From assembly GCA_963699545.1 (NCBI GenBank), contig CAVOUE010000003.1:448001-512000 (forward strand): a stretch of DNA of 64,000 nt, read 5' to 3'. This stretch comes from Nitrospirota bacterium. Its GTDB lineage: Bacteria > Nitrospirota > Thermodesulfovibrionia > Thermodesulfovibrionales > UBA9159. Below are positions 51,923 through 62,215 of the stretch, piece by piece; within the stretch, counting starts at the first letter, position 1; each line of letters opens with the position of its first letter. The notes beneath the pieces were generated by a model. The model searched no databases and was not told the origin of the DNA. It was given only the letters and a program-made list of their open reading frames with translations. The position numbers and the translations under genes are program-made.

Positions 51923-52583
51923 AGAGACGGTCCGGAGAAAAAAGCCGAAACTTGAGATCGTCCTCAAGTGCGATTCCGTGGGGAGTCTGGAAGCGGTCAC
52001 CGCCGCCCTGTCGGAAATGACCCTGGAATTGGACATCAGTGTTATTCATAGCGGGATCGGCGGCATCAGCACGTCTGACGTCTTGTTTGCTGAGACAGCC
52101 AGCAGGCTTATCGTCGGCTTTCAGGTGGATGTTTTGCCGGGCGTGGATAAAGTCCTGAAAGAACAGAGCGTTGAGATCCGCCTCTACGAAGTGATCTATA
52201 CATTGACTTCCGACATAAAACTCATTGCCGAAAGCCTGATCCCCTCTGAATCACAGGAGCAGATCACAGGCTCTGCCAGGGTGATCGCCCTTTTTAAAAG
52301 CAGCCGAAAGGGGCTCATCATAGGGTGTGAGATCCTCGATGGCTCTTTCGCCATTGGTCAACATTACCGCATCATCTCTGCCGTGGGACCGGTTCATTCC
52401 GGCACCATAGAGTCGCTCCATATCCGGGAAGAAGCGGTCCAGAAGGCCACCCGGGGACAACAGGTCGGTTTGAAGATAAGCGGTTTCGACAAGGCAAGGA
52501 TCGGGGACCTTGTGGAAATCTACCACCGTCTCCCTCAAAAAGCCAGGCCGTGGGAGCCAAAAGGCCAGATCATCCGAAAATAG
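51906..52583 (+). CDS. Stand-alone protein resembling the C-terminal domains of translation initiation factor IF-2
   Basis: [28 protein letters not shown]......[20 protein letters not shown]...F......IIGC.I.DG, GTIESL, GQQVGL. Confidence 0.85.
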   Translation: MMEKPKETVRRKKPKLEIVLKCDSVGSLEAVTAALSEMTLELDISVIHSGIGGISTSDVLFAETASRLIVGFQVDVLPGVDKVLKEQSVEIRLYEVIYTLTSDIKLIAESLIPSESQEQITGSARVIALFKSSRKGLIIGCEILDGSFAIGQHYRIISAVGPVHSGTIESLHIREEAVQKATRGQQVGLKISGFDKARIGDLVEIYHRLPQKARPWEPKGQIIRK

Positions 52584-52658
52584 ATCCGTCAACAAGAAAC
52601 ACCCGCAGCTCTCAGCCCATGGCAAGAACCTCTTGTATCACGAGCGAAGAGCTGTCAG

Positions 52659-52985
52659 TTATGGACTGATCCTGTAGGGGGTACAGTTATGCGCGGCTTT
52701 CTCTCCCTCGCAGAACTTGCCGCACTCTTCGGTCCTCGTGTGAGGCAACCGGTGAAAGCACCTCGTGCCGGTGCAGACGACGGAGTCGTCACAAAGCACC
52801 TCGTTTCCCTTCAGGGCTTTTTCGACCCAGACCTCACCGGTGGAACGAATTTCCGTCTTTCCTTTCACAATGGTCCAGTAAGGCTGAGAGGCGTCCGGGT
52901 AGCCGACGAAGTCCGGATCAGGGATCACCACTGTCTCGCCGTCCGGCTTTTTCAGCACCGCAAGGGTTTCCTTTTGATTTGCCAT
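52659..52985 (-). CDS. Hypothetical protein with Cys/His-rich C-terminus
   Basis: SD AAGGAGG; C-x5-C-x4-C-x-H-x3-H-x5-C-x3-C-x6-H-x-C. Confidence 0.75.
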   Translation of the reverse strand: MANQKETLAVLKKPDGETVVIPDPDFVGYPDASQPYWTIVKGKTEIRSTGEVWVEKALKGNEVLCDDSVVCTGTRCFHRLPHTRTEECGKFCEGEKAAHNCTPYRISP

Positions 52986-53214
52986 ACGTAACCTCCTTCT
53001 CTCTCTTTCCGAAGATAACGCCTGAGACCAGACCCGAAGCCGGCGCTCATCATTCTAAACCTAACAGTTTCACGGGGATGTGTCAACCTTCCCTGACGGT
53101 TGTGGCTGCTCACTGATCCGGAGAGTTAAGGGAAGGATGCGGCCACAGGAAGGATCGAAGAAGAGGGAGGCCTTTCATTGAGAAAAAGGCTTCAGGGCTG
53201 CATAATAGAGTGGT

Positions 53215-54111
53215 ATGAGCAATGAGCAGACTCGCCCTGCCGGACCCGGATATCTCTATGTTGTCCTTGCTGCAGCATTGTGGGCTGCATCGGGGACGGC
53301 ATCCAAATTCCTTTTCACGGGCGGTGTGACACCTTTTCAGCTTGTGCAGTTCAGGACCACCATTGCTGCCTGCCTGCTCTTTTCCTGGATGCTTGTGAGA
53401 AAACGCAGTCTTCTTTCGATAGAGCGGAAAGATCTGGCCTATCTTATAATGCTGGGGATCGTCCTGGCGGCGGCGCAATTCACCTATCTTTTTGCCATAA
53501 GCAGGATCCATGTGGCGGCGGCTATCCTGCTCCAGTATCAGGCCCCGGTGCTCATAGCAGCGTATGCGGTCGTGTTCGGCCGCCAAAGGCTCTCACTCCT
53601 CACCCTGGCTGCGATAGCAGGTGCAGCTCTGGGCTGTTATCTCATGGTGGGGGCCTATGATCTGGATATGCTGAACATGAACAGGGCAGGGATCATTTCG
53701 GGTCTCGCTTCTGCGGTCGCCTTTGCCCTCTATGCAGTGATGAGCGAATACGGAATGCGCACCTATTCACCCTGGACGGTCCTGTGTTACGCCTTGCTCT
53801 TTGCGGCCGTCGTCTGGAACATCCTACACCCGCCTCTTGCTGCTTTTGGCGGCACATACAGCACCGGCACATGGGGCTGGATCTTCTTCATCGGCTCCTT
53901 CGGCACGGTCGTTCCTTTCGGTCTGTATAACGAAGGGATCAACCTCATTCGCTCCACCCGCGCAAGCATTACCGCTACTCTTGAACCGGTCATGGCCGGC
54001 ACAATCTCCTATTCCTTCCTCGGTGAGATGATGGAACCATGGCAGATCGCGGGCGGGGGACTGGTCATTGCATCCATCCTCATGCTGCAGATACGAAGAG
54101 ACCCGGACTGA
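53215..54111 (+). CDS. EamA/DMT family transporter
   Basis: About 10 TM segments, LEPV.A, LGE. Confidence 0.92.
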   Translation: MSNEQTRPAGPGYLYVVLAAALWAASGTASKFLFTGGVTPFQLVQFRTTIAACLLFSWMLVRKRSLLSIERKDLAYLIMLGIVLAAAQFTYLFAISRIHVAAAILLQYQAPVLIAAYAVVFGRQRLSLLTLAAIAGAALGCYLMVGAYDLDMLNMNRAGIISGLASAVAFALYAVMSEYGMRTYSPWTVLCYALLFAAVVWNILHPPLAAFGGTYSTGTWGWIFFIGSFGTVVPFGLYNEGINLIRSTRASITATLEPVMAGTISYSFLGEMMEPWQIAGGGLVIASILMLQIRRDPD

Positions 54112-54179
54112 GGAATAGTTCAGAGTTCACCGCGACACATACGAACAGACATCAAGATCAAGGCGGAACGTTCAACCGG

Positions 54180-55007
54180 TCAGGCGATTGTCAGCCTCTT
54201 CCCTTTCTTCCCGATGAATCCCTCTTTCTGCAGTGCGGCAAGATTCTCTCTTATTTGTTCCGGGTCTGACCTGAGCGCGTACAGTATTTCGGACTCGGAG
54301 ATAGACGGTTTCTTCGAGAGGAGCTTAAGAATCCTTCCCCTGACCTGCCTGTTCGAGCCCTGAAAGGGAGTCTGCTTTTTGTAGTGGGCGCTCCGCCTGT
54401 TTGGGTTTTGAATTTCCTTTTTGAGCATCACCCCATAATCCATAAGCGCGTAGTACCACTCCCGGGAATGGGCATGGTCAAGGGTCTTTTCCACCAGGGG
54501 GAAGATCTCCGAATCTTTAATGCCCTCTCTGTCCTGAAAAAAGAAGTGGATAAAAACTCTCCTGATGTTCGTCTCGATGAATACCGTCGGCCGGCCGAAT
54601 GCAAAGGCAAGGATCGCGGAGGCGCTGTATTTTCCGATCCCGGGCAGTTTCACCAGATCACCTTCAGAAGAGGGGAACGTGCCCCTGAACTCTTCTGTTA
54701 TGATCTCTGCGGTACGCTTCAGGGCGATCGCACGCCGGTTGTACCCCATGCCCTGCCATACCTTGAGTATCTCGTGAAGGGGCGCTTTTGCCAGCGAGGC
54801 AAAGTCGGGGAATGCTTGAACGAACGCTCTATATTTCTTCATCACCCGCTCCACCTGTGTCTGTTGGAGCATGATCTCCGATACGAGGATGCGGTAGGGG
54901 CTCCGTGTTCTTCTCCAGGGAAGACTGCGGGGGTATTCGCGGTAATGCCGATAGATGGTCTCCTGGAATTTCCGGACAGAGTGAGGGGAAAGTGCCTTTC
55001 CCCTCAC
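54180..55007 (-). CDS. mutY: Short MutY-like A/G-specific adenine glycosylase without Fe-S cysteines
   Basis: LPWR, VSEIMLQQTQV, WQGMGYNRRA, LPGIG.Y, ETN..RV, ALMDYG. Confidence 0.88.
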   Translation of the reverse strand: MRGKALSPHSVRKFQETIYRHYREYPRSLPWRRTRSPYRILVSEIMLQQTQVERVMKKYRAFVQAFPDFASLAKAPLHEILKVWQGMGYNRRAIALKRTAEIITEEFRGTFPSSEGDLVKLPGIGKYSASAILAFAFGRPTVFIETNIRRVFIHFFFQDREGIKDSEIFPLVEKTLDHAHSREWYYALMDYGVMLKKEIQNPNRRSAHYKKQTPFQGSNRQVRGRILKLLSKKPSISESEILYALRSDPEQIRENLAALQKEGFIGKKGKRLTIA

Positions 55008-56057
55008 TCCTCTATCTCTTGAAGAAGGGCATCGAGGAGCTCTTTTTCCTTCACTGTCCTTATCACTTTCCCTTTCCTGAAGAGGATACCGACGCCTTTG
55101 CCGCCTGCAATGCCGACATCAGCCTCCCGCGCCTCACCGGGACCGTTCACCACACATCCCATGACCGCTACAGTGAGGGGTTTCTTACTATTCCGGAGAC
55201 GGTTCTCGACCTTTGATGCCAGCCCCCTGATGTCGATCTGACATCTGCCGCATGTCGGACAGGAGATGATGTTGACTCCCTTCTCCCTTATTCCCAGGGA
55301 TTTAAGGATCTCATACCCTACCCTCACTTCTTCCACGGGGTCAGCCGAGAGGGAGAACCCTTATGGTGTCCCCTATGCCTTCGGACAGGAGTATGCCAAG
55401 GCCCACCGAACTCTTGATCATGCCGGTGAATGACGGCCCTGCCTCTGATATGCCGATATGGAGGGGATAGCTGAAACGGCGGGAGAAGAGCCGGTACGCA
55501 TCTACGGTCGTGGGGACATTCGACGCCTTGAGAGATACCTTTATCTCCCTGAACCCCAGCCCCTCCAGGATGTCGATGTGTTCAGCAGCGCTCTCCACCA
55601 GGGCTTCCGGAGTGGGATGGCGGTATTTTTCGAGGAGTTTTTTCGAAAGTGAGCCTGCATTGACGCCGACCCTTATGGAGATGCCCCTGCCGGATGCTGC
55701 AGAGACGACCTCTGCGACCTTCCATCTTGCGCCGATATTACCCGGATTTATCCGCAGTCCGTCCACTCCCTGCCGCATCGCTTCGAGGGCAAGCCTCCAG
55801 TCAAAGTGGATGTCCGCAATGACCGGGATAGGGGAAGACTTCTTGATCTTACCCAGGGCTTCGGCTGCCCCCCTGTCAGGGACCGCTATCCTTATGATCT
55901 CACAGCCCGCCTCTGCAAGGGCTCTGATCTGCCTCAGGGTCGATCTCACGTCCCTTGTGTCGGTCTTTGTCATGGACTGAACAGGGATCGGGTTCCCTCC
56001 GCCTATCAGGACATCGCCGACATGTACCACCTTTGTCTTCCTTCTTTTTTTTACCAA
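55004..56057 (-). CDS. ispG: HMBPP synthase (frameshift near 55350)
   Basis: VQSMT, ADIHF, RINPGNIG, RVGVNAGSL, GIGDTIRV; SCPTCGR, GCVVNGPGEA. Confidence 0.97.
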
Positions 56058-56061
56058 TGTC

Positions 56062-57063
56062 CTATCCTTCTTTTTTCTTCTTTTTGTCCCTGTAGGCCTT
56101 TACCGCATTTTCATGGTTGCCCAGCGTTGCCGAGAAATTATGTGTGCCGTCGTTGTTCGAGACAAAGTATAAATAGGGGACATCTGCAGGATTGAGGGCG
56201 GCCTGGATCGATCTGAGCCCGGGTGATGCTATGGGTCCCGGCGGGAGCCCTTTAATCACATAGGTATTATAAGGTGTCTTTCTCAAAAGATCGTCCCTGG
56301 TTATCTTTTCCCGCGAACCCTTCACCCCATATATGGCGGTAGGGTCTGCCTGGAGGAGCATGCTCTTTTTAAGTCTGTTATAGTACACCCCTGCGATTAT
56401 GGGCCGTTCTTTGTCGGTGATAGCCTCTTTTTCCACAATGGAAGCCATCGTAAGCACTTCCCTTTCCGGGATGTCGATCTCCATCTGGCGTGCCATCATC
56501 TTGTCATCGAACTGCTCCCTCAGGCGGTTCACCATGATGATCAGGATATCCTGGGCTTCGAGCCCTTTGGGGAACCTGTAGGTATCGGGGAACAGATAGC
56601 CTTCGAGCGAAGGAGCATCCACGTCGAGGCTGTCAAGGAACTCCCTGTCGGTGCAAAGCCTCTGAAATTCCTCACTGTCCGTTATCCGCAAGGCGGTGAA
56701 CTTTGTTTCGATCTCCCTCAGGGAATCGCCGGGCACGACAGTGATCTCGTACTCGATGATCTTCCCCTTACGGATGGCGGTGAAGATCTGCCAGGGGTTC
56801 ATGGTTCCCCAGAGGGAGTAGAACCCTGCCTTGATCCTGCGGTCCACGCCGGTCGCGCGGCCAAGAACATAGATGACCCACCTGTCTCTGACCAGCCCTC
56901 TCTCGGAAAGGGAATTCACCACCTGTTTAAAGGTCGCGCCGCGCTTGATCTCGAACTCTATGGGTTTGTTCCCGAAGGGGAGAGGAATGAACAGTTCAAC
57001 AGCAGCATAAATAAGGAAGACAAGAAGGAGAGCTGCCGCTATGAGCGCGTAACTTTTTTTCAT
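56062..57063 (-). CDS. mltG: Endolytic transglycosylase
   Basis: LEGYLFPDTY, ASIVEKE, LQADPT, PYNTY...GLPPGPI.SPG. Confidence 0.97.
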   Translation of the reverse strand: MKKSYALIAAALLLVFLIYAAVELFIPLPFGNKPIEFEIKRGATFKQVVNSLSERGLVRDRWVIYVLGRATGVDRRIKAGFYSLWGTMNPWQIFTAIRKGKIIEYEITVVPGDSLREIETKFTALRITDSEEFQRLCTDREFLDSLDVDAPSLEGYLFPDTYRFPKGLEAQDILIIMVNRLREQFDDKMMARQMEIDIPEREVLTMASIVEKEAITDKERPIIAGVYYNRLKKSMLLQADPTAIYGVKGSREKITRDDLLRKTPYNTYVIKGLPPGPIASPGLRSIQAALNPADVPYLYFVSNNDGTHNFSATLGNHENAVKAYRDKKKKKEG

Positions 57064-57144
57064 TATTTAGAATGACAGAAAAGCAGAAAGATGTAAAGGG
57101 AAGACAGAGGGGCGCTCGTCTATCAGGGATTAAATGTAAAGGTT

Positions 57145-58915
57145 AGGACTTCACCATCCTGACACTGGATGTTCAGTTCTCACTCCTTCCTGTACACCAC
57201 AGCGGAGCCTGTTCCACATTCACTGTCGGGTATCTTCTAAAATAGTCAATCTGCCAACTTTCCTATAAATTACGCCTATTCGCGTTTAGTCTTTATTATC
57301 AGCAATTACGAACTTCTATGCGGACGTTCCTGCCGTTAATGCTGAGTCTTCTTCTATCGATTTTAGCGTTGTGGTATATTTAGTCAATAGGATCACTAAA
57401 TCGGAAGTTCGTATAATCATTGTTAGGCGCTGTTGGCCGCAACACAGGATAAGGAGGAAACCATGACGAATTTGCAAGCTGGGAAGATCGAGGAGTTGAA
57501 AGGTGGCTTCAAGGGAGAGATCCTTCTTCCAAGCGACGGTGCCTACGAAAGCGCACGTAAGATCTGGAACGCGATGATCGACAAGCGCCCCGCGGTCATC
57601 GCTCGCTGTGCCACCACGTCGGACGTCGTCCGCGGGGTGAACTTCGCGAGGGACAACGGGCTCTTGCTTGCCGTCCGCGGGGGCGGGCACAACATCGCCG
57701 GCAATGCCATGTGCGACGACGGGCTCGTGATCGACCTTTCGAAGATGAAGGCCGCGCTGGTTGACCCCGCCGGGCGCCGCGTTACCATCGAAGGCGGTGC
57801 CACGCTGGCGGACCTCGACGCCGCCACTCAGGCCCACGGCCTTGCCACGCCGGTCGGCATCAATTCCACTACCGGCATCGCCGGACTGACTCTCGGCGGG
57901 GGTTTCGGCTGGCTCAGTCGCAAATACGGCATGACTGTTGACAACCTCGAGTCCGCCGAGGTCGTGACCGCGGCCGGTGAGGTGGTGCACGCCAGCGCAA
58001 CCGAGCACCCCGACCTCTTCTGGGCTCTCCGAGGCGGCGGCGGCAACTTCGGCGTGGTCACCCGCTTTGAGTTCCGACTCCACCCTGTCGGCCCTGACGT
58101 GCTGAGCGGGCTCATCGTGTACCCGATCTCGGAGGCGAAGTCGGTGTTGCAGCAGTACCGTGAGTTCATCGCCAAGGTGCCGGAGGATCTCTCCGTGTGG
58201 ACCATCCTGCGCCAAGCGCCGCCCTTGCCGTTTCTCCCCGAAAGGGTTCACGGCAAGGGGATCATCGCGCTCGCGCTGGTCTATGCGGGCGACCCGAAGC
58301 AGGGTGAGCCGCTCATCGAGCCGTTGCGCAAGTTCGGCACCCCACTGGGCGAACACGTCGGCGTCCAGCCTTACGTCGCCTGGCAGCAGACCTTCGACCC
58401 ACTGCTCACCTCCGGCGCCCGCAATTATTGGAAGTCTCACAATCTCGCGACTCTCAAGGACGGGCTCTTCGACTCCGTCATCTCGTATATCGGGAAGTTG
58501 CCGTCGCCTCAATGCGAGATCTTTTTCGGCGCAATCGGCGGTGCCACCGCACGGCCGGCTCCGGGCTCAACGGCGTACGCACACCGTGACGCCAGGTTCG
58601 TCATGAACGTCCACGGCCGCTGGGAGGACCCGGCCGACGACAATCTCTGTATCGGCTGGGCGCGCGACTTCTTCAAGGCCTCGGCACCCTTCGCCAGCGG
58701 CGGCGTCTACGTCAATTTCCTCACCGCCGACGAGGGCGATCGCGTGCGCTCCGCCTATGGCCCGAACTACGATCGCCTCACCCAGGTGAAGCGCAAGTAC
58801 GACCCGGACAACCTCTTTCGCATGAACCAGAATATCGAGCCGGCCTGAGAGGACAGGATGCGCCCAGCAACCGGCTGCAGCGGACGGCGTTCAGGACTTC
58901 ACCATCCTGACACTG
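57145..58915 (+). mobile_element. 1.77-kb insert bounded by a 23-bp direct repeat, containing an integron-like cassette
   Basis: AGGACTTCACCATCCTGACACTG at 57145-57167 and 58893-58915; GTTAGGC upstream and a half attC downstream of the enclosed gene. Confidence 0.7.
57463..58848 (+). CDS. FAD-binding oxidoreductase (BBE-like)
   Basis: RGGGHN, GLTLGGG.G, DLFWALRGGGGNFGVVT, KRKYDPDNLFRMNQNI; visibly higher GC. Confidence 0.95.
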   Translation: MTNLQAGKIEELKGGFKGEILLPSDGAYESARKIWNAMIDKRPAVIARCATTSDVVRGVNFARDNGLLLAVRGGGHNIAGNAMCDDGLVIDLSKMKAALVDPAGRRVTIEGGATLADLDAATQAHGLATPVGINSTTGIAGLTLGGGFGWLSRKYGMTVDNLESAEVVTAAGEVVHASATEHPDLFWALRGGGGNFGVVTRFEFRLHPVGPDVLSGLIVYPISEAKSVLQQYREFIAKVPEDLSVWTILRQAPPLPFLPERVHGKGIIALALVYAGDPKQGEPLIEPLRKFGTPLGEHVGVQPYVAWQQTFDPLLTSGARNYWKSHNLATLKDGLFDSVISYIGKLPSPQCEIFFGAIGGATARPAPGSTAYAHRDARFVMNVHGRWEDPADDNLCIGWARDFFKASAPFASGGVYVNFLTADEGDRVRSAYGPNYDRLTQVKRKYDPDNLFRMNQNIEPA

Positions 58916-59011
58916 CATGGTGCAGTATTAACTTCTTCCTGGAATCCGCACTTGAAAACCCAGCCCCGAAGGTGTATAGTGCAACTAATAACTTCATTAA
59001 AGGAGGAACTA

Positions 59012-59581
59012 ATGAAGAAGAAAAGTGTGCTGCTATTGTTGTACGTTGTGTCGTTAAGTGTTGTCAGTTATGCTTCCGACGCGGTTGTGGAGAGACCAGT
59101 CTATTCTGCCGGCGATTATTGGATTTTCGTTGATGGAAAAGGCAAAAGCAGTAAACTGGAATTCCTGAGAGAAGAAAAAGATACATATGTGTTTAGAAGG
59201 AACGGGACTGAGGTTGTTAAGGATTTTAGCCTTATGGACGTTAGCAAAAAAACAGAAGGATTTCCCGGGCCTATTATCAGGTTTCCTTTGAAGAAAGGCA
59301 ATTGGTGGAACTATGAATTTACAGCGAAACCTTATACAACACGGCCAGGAAACTATCCGATTGCCCGTTATGAAGCGGTGGATGACGACAAGATTACCGT
59401 GCCAGCCGGCACTTTCCGGGCAATAAAGATTACCGTAACCATAGATGTCCAAAGAGAACTCAAAAGAAGTGTTCAGACCGTTAGTTCCGCCACCTATTGG
59501 TATGCCCCGGACGTTAAACAAATAATAAAAGCTGAAAAAGGGGAAGTTCAATGGGAGTTGAAGAAGTATAAAATTAAATAG
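59012..59581 (+). CDS. Hypothetical exported protein
   Basis: Signal peptide; ITVPAGTF.A.K...WYAPDVK motif; SD AAGGAGG. Confidence 0.8.
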   Translation: MKKKSVLLLLYVVSLSVVSYASDAVVERPVYSAGDYWIFVDGKGKSSKLEFLREEKDTYVFRRNGTEVVKDFSLMDVSKKTEGFPGPIIRFPLKKGNWWNYEFTAKPYTTRPGNYPIARYEAVDDDKITVPAGTFRAIKITVTIDVQRELKRSVQTVSSATYWYAPDVKQIIKAEKGEVQWELKKYKIK

Positions 59582-59606
59582 TGTCTGGCATAAAGTCACG
59601 TTTTTC

Positions 59607-59677
59607 TGTCATTCCGGTCTGTCTGGAACCTTTCCGACCAGAAGGATTCCCGACGCGCTTTGCTTGCGGGAATGACA
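59607..59677 (-). repeat. REP-like palindromic element, copy 3 (reverse orientation)
   Basis: GAAGGATTCCCGACGCGCTTTGCTTGCGGGAATGACA is nearly the reverse complement of the left half of copy 2. Confidence 0.85.
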
Positions 59678-59746
59678 ACTGACAGTGGATCTTCGCCATG
59701 AAGGCATCTTACCATAGGACACTGCTGGCAGGAGTCGCGGGCGGGT

Positions 59747-60226
59747 CTACAGGGTTAGCAGGTTTCTTGATGCCATGAAGTTCCTGATTATCTCGGCGTG
59801 TGCCCTTTCCGCCTCGGAAAGTCTCCGCAGAAGTCCAGTTATCTCTTTGTCCAGCTCTATTTCTATCTCGCCCCGTATCAGTTCCTGCAAGTATTTCTCG
59901 CCGGTGAGATCTTCAATTTCGAGAGCTATATCACATGCTTCCTTGAGTCCCAGGCCGCCGGACAAGAGTTTCATTGTCTTTTTCAAGTGATAGAGGGCAT
60001 GTTCCAGCTCTAAGGTCGAATTGGGCACGAACTCCGGTGGTAAAACTCTCCTCTTGTGAGCTAATTTTGCTTTCTCTACAAGCTTCTCATGATTCTCTTC
60101 GGATACGGACAGGCCCTTAAATACCTCATTTTCCCCGGGGAAAAGCAACGCAAGCGTGCGGTATATGAGGGCAGTTTCTTTCTCTATGCTGCCACAAAGA
60201 TTCAAACGTCTATTGACAATGGGCAT
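59747..60226 (-). CDS. Ferritin-like/rubrerythrin-type protein
   Basis: IE....IY, EENH, ALEIE...E..Y-like, ERAH diiron pattern. Confidence 0.75.
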   Translation of the reverse strand: MPIVNRRLNLCGSIEKETALIYRTLALLFPGENEVFKGLSVSEENHEKLVEKAKLAHKRRVLPPEFVPNSTLELEHALYHLKKTMKLLSGGLGLKEACDIALEIEDLTGEKYLQELIRGEIEIELDKEITGLLRRLSEAERAHAEIIRNFMASRNLLTL

Positions 60227-60434
60227 AGAACATAGTATATGGTAAGAACGCTGCAGATGTACACCAGAAGCCGGAATCTCACCTTCAAGAAATACCTATT
60301 GGCTACTTCCGGAAATCCTCACCAGTTTCGATTCGCGATACCTGTGCTGTAGTCGGTGAAACCCGAACAAAGCCCTTCCTTGCCTCCTTCCGTAGGACAG
60401 GCTGTGATATACTTAACATGTCGTCGCCGCATTC

Positions 60435-61298
60435 TTGGGGAGTTCTTACAACACCTTGCTCAGCATAATAGGAAAGATAGTGCTCGTAATCCTGATCGGG
60501 TTGATCTCAGGCTACCTGGTCCTTATCGCTTACGTGTATGCAAGACAAGGCAGGATGCTCTATTTCCCCACAAGAGAAATAAAGGCCACGCCTCTGGATA
60601 TCGGGCTCCAGTATGAGGAACTGACATTACAGACGAGGGACGGTATTGATATCTCCGCATGGTATATTCCTGCCGAACACCCGAGAGGCTTCCTGCTTTT
60701 TTGTCATGGCAACGCGGGGAACATTTCAGACAGACTCTCTTCGATTCGACTCTTTCATGATCTTGGCCTCGGGGTGCTTATTTTCGATTATCGTGGATAC
60801 GGGAAGAGCCAGGGATCACCGGACGAAGAAGGGACCTACCGCGACGCAGAAGCTGCCTGGCATTACCTTGTAAAGACACTGCATGTGAGCCCCCGGAAGG
60901 TTATTGTCTTTGGACGCTCTCTCGGGAGCGCCGTTGCTGCTGAACTCGCGCTGCGAAAAGAGGTGAGAGCGGTTATCATGGAATCAGGATTTACTTCGGT
61001 GTCCGACCTAGGGAAACAGTTCTTCCCGCACCTGCCGGTGAGGCTCATCTCGAAGTATTATTACACCTCCATCGATAAGGTGGGACTCGTTGAAATGCCA
61101 AGGCTCTTCATTCATAGTCCTGATGATGAGATAGTCCCTTATGAGCAGGGCGTGAGACTTTTTGAAAGGGCGGCGGGACCTAAACAATTTCTCAAACTTG
61201 TTGGCGGGCACAATGAGGGATTCTTGCTCTCCGGCGAAGCGTACAGACAGGGCCTCGATGATTTTCTCACACAGTATTTGCCGATTGAAGATAGATAG
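60435..61298 (+). CDS. Alpha/beta hydrolase with N-terminal TM helix
   Basis: CHGNAGNI, DYRGYGKS, GRSLG, HSPDDEIVP, GGHN. Confidence 0.92.
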   Translation: MGSSYNTLLSIIGKIVLVILIGLISGYLVLIAYVYARQGRMLYFPTREIKATPLDIGLQYEELTLQTRDGIDISAWYIPAEHPRGFLLFCHGNAGNISDRLSSIRLFHDLGLGVLIFDYRGYGKSQGSPDEEGTYRDAEAAWHYLVKTLHVSPRKVIVFGRSLGSAVAAELALRKEVRAVIMESGFTSVSDLGKQFFPHLPVRLISKYYYTSIDKVGLVEMPRLFIHSPDDEIVPYEQGVRLFERAAGPKQFLKLVGGHNEGFLLSGEAYRQGLDDFLTQYLPIEDR

Positions 61299-61503
61299 TA
61301 ATGCTTGTGACCGCACCTGCTTCAGTTGTTAAGAGTGATGCTCCTTGGTTATCAGGAAAGACCTGGCGAGCGACAGGTTTCATTGTTGTCTGGAGAAACA
61401 TCTGGTTGACACAGGTTCCTCTTTTGAGAACTCTCGGTTCGTCGGTGTACGCCCTGTCTCTCACTTAAAATCTACGCACAATGAACGCGAAATGCTCGAT
61501 TTA

Positions 61504-61532
61504 TTGACATAGGCAAGGAGAAAACCTATAAT
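61504..61532 (+). promoter_or_regulatory. Consensus sigma70 promoter
   Basis: TTGACA-N17-TATAAT. Confidence 0.8.
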
Positions 61533-61602
61533 TATTTGCCTGCAGAAGAGGGTGCAGGATACAAGACTTGCAGCCATCCCATTTGCAAAAAGGAGAGCAC
61601 GT

Positions 61603-62076
61603 ATGAAACGCATTACCTTCGTCACAGCCCTTCTGGCGATTACCATCGCACAATACACGTTTGCCTTGGGCACACCGGATTTCTCGGGTACATGGGTTTT
61701 AGATTCTGCCAGCGACATGGATGCACGCGCAGGTGCAGGCAATCTTGCCAAGAGCAGAGTTGAAATTGTAATCAAACAGACAAGGACAACATTTTCTGTT
61801 GACCGCAAAGCCGGCGACCGGATCGAAACCGCTGTACACAAATTGGACGGCACGGAGAGTATAAACAAATTGCCGAGCGGCAAAGAAAAGAAAAGCAGGT
61901 CAGCGTGGGTCGGTTCGACGCTTGTGACCAAATCGACGACGGATATGGGGAAGACAACGGTGCCGTCGACTGAGGTCTTCTCACTGAGCCCCGATGGCAA
62001 GGTAATGACCATCGAAGTGACCATGCAGACGCCCAACAGAGAGATAAAACGGAAACTGACCTATAACAAACAGTAG
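61603..62076 (+). CDS. Exported lipocalin-like beta-barrel protein
   Basis: Signal peptide, PDFSGTW.LD, SLSPDGK. Confidence 0.8.
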   Translation: MKRITFVTALLAITIAQYTFALGTPDFSGTWVLDSASDMDARAGAGNLAKSRVEIVIKQTRTTFSVDRKAGDRIETAVHKLDGTESINKLPSGKEKKSRSAWVGSTLVTKSTTDMGKTTVPSTEVFSLSPDGKVMTIEVTMQTPNREIKRKLTYNKQ

Positions 62077-62166
62077 GACCCTGCTGCGCTGCCTGATGCG
62101 GCCTTTTCCGAAGCCATTGCTCATCGGGCATATCAAGCATCGTGTCAGACATGGAATTACATTTAG

Positions 62167-62215
62167 GGAGTAAAAGGCTCCTTTCGAAGCCTTAGTTTCT
62201 TGGACCTTTTACTCC
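62167..62215. repeat. 11-bp inverted repeat between convergent genes
   Basis: GGAGTAAAAGG ... CCTTTTACTCC. Confidence 0.6.

Noticed and set aside
57309-57322. CGAAC-TTCT-ATGCG as a LexA box
   Set aside because: Two mismatches to the CGAAC-N4-GTTCG consensus, and I do not know this lineage's SOS box.
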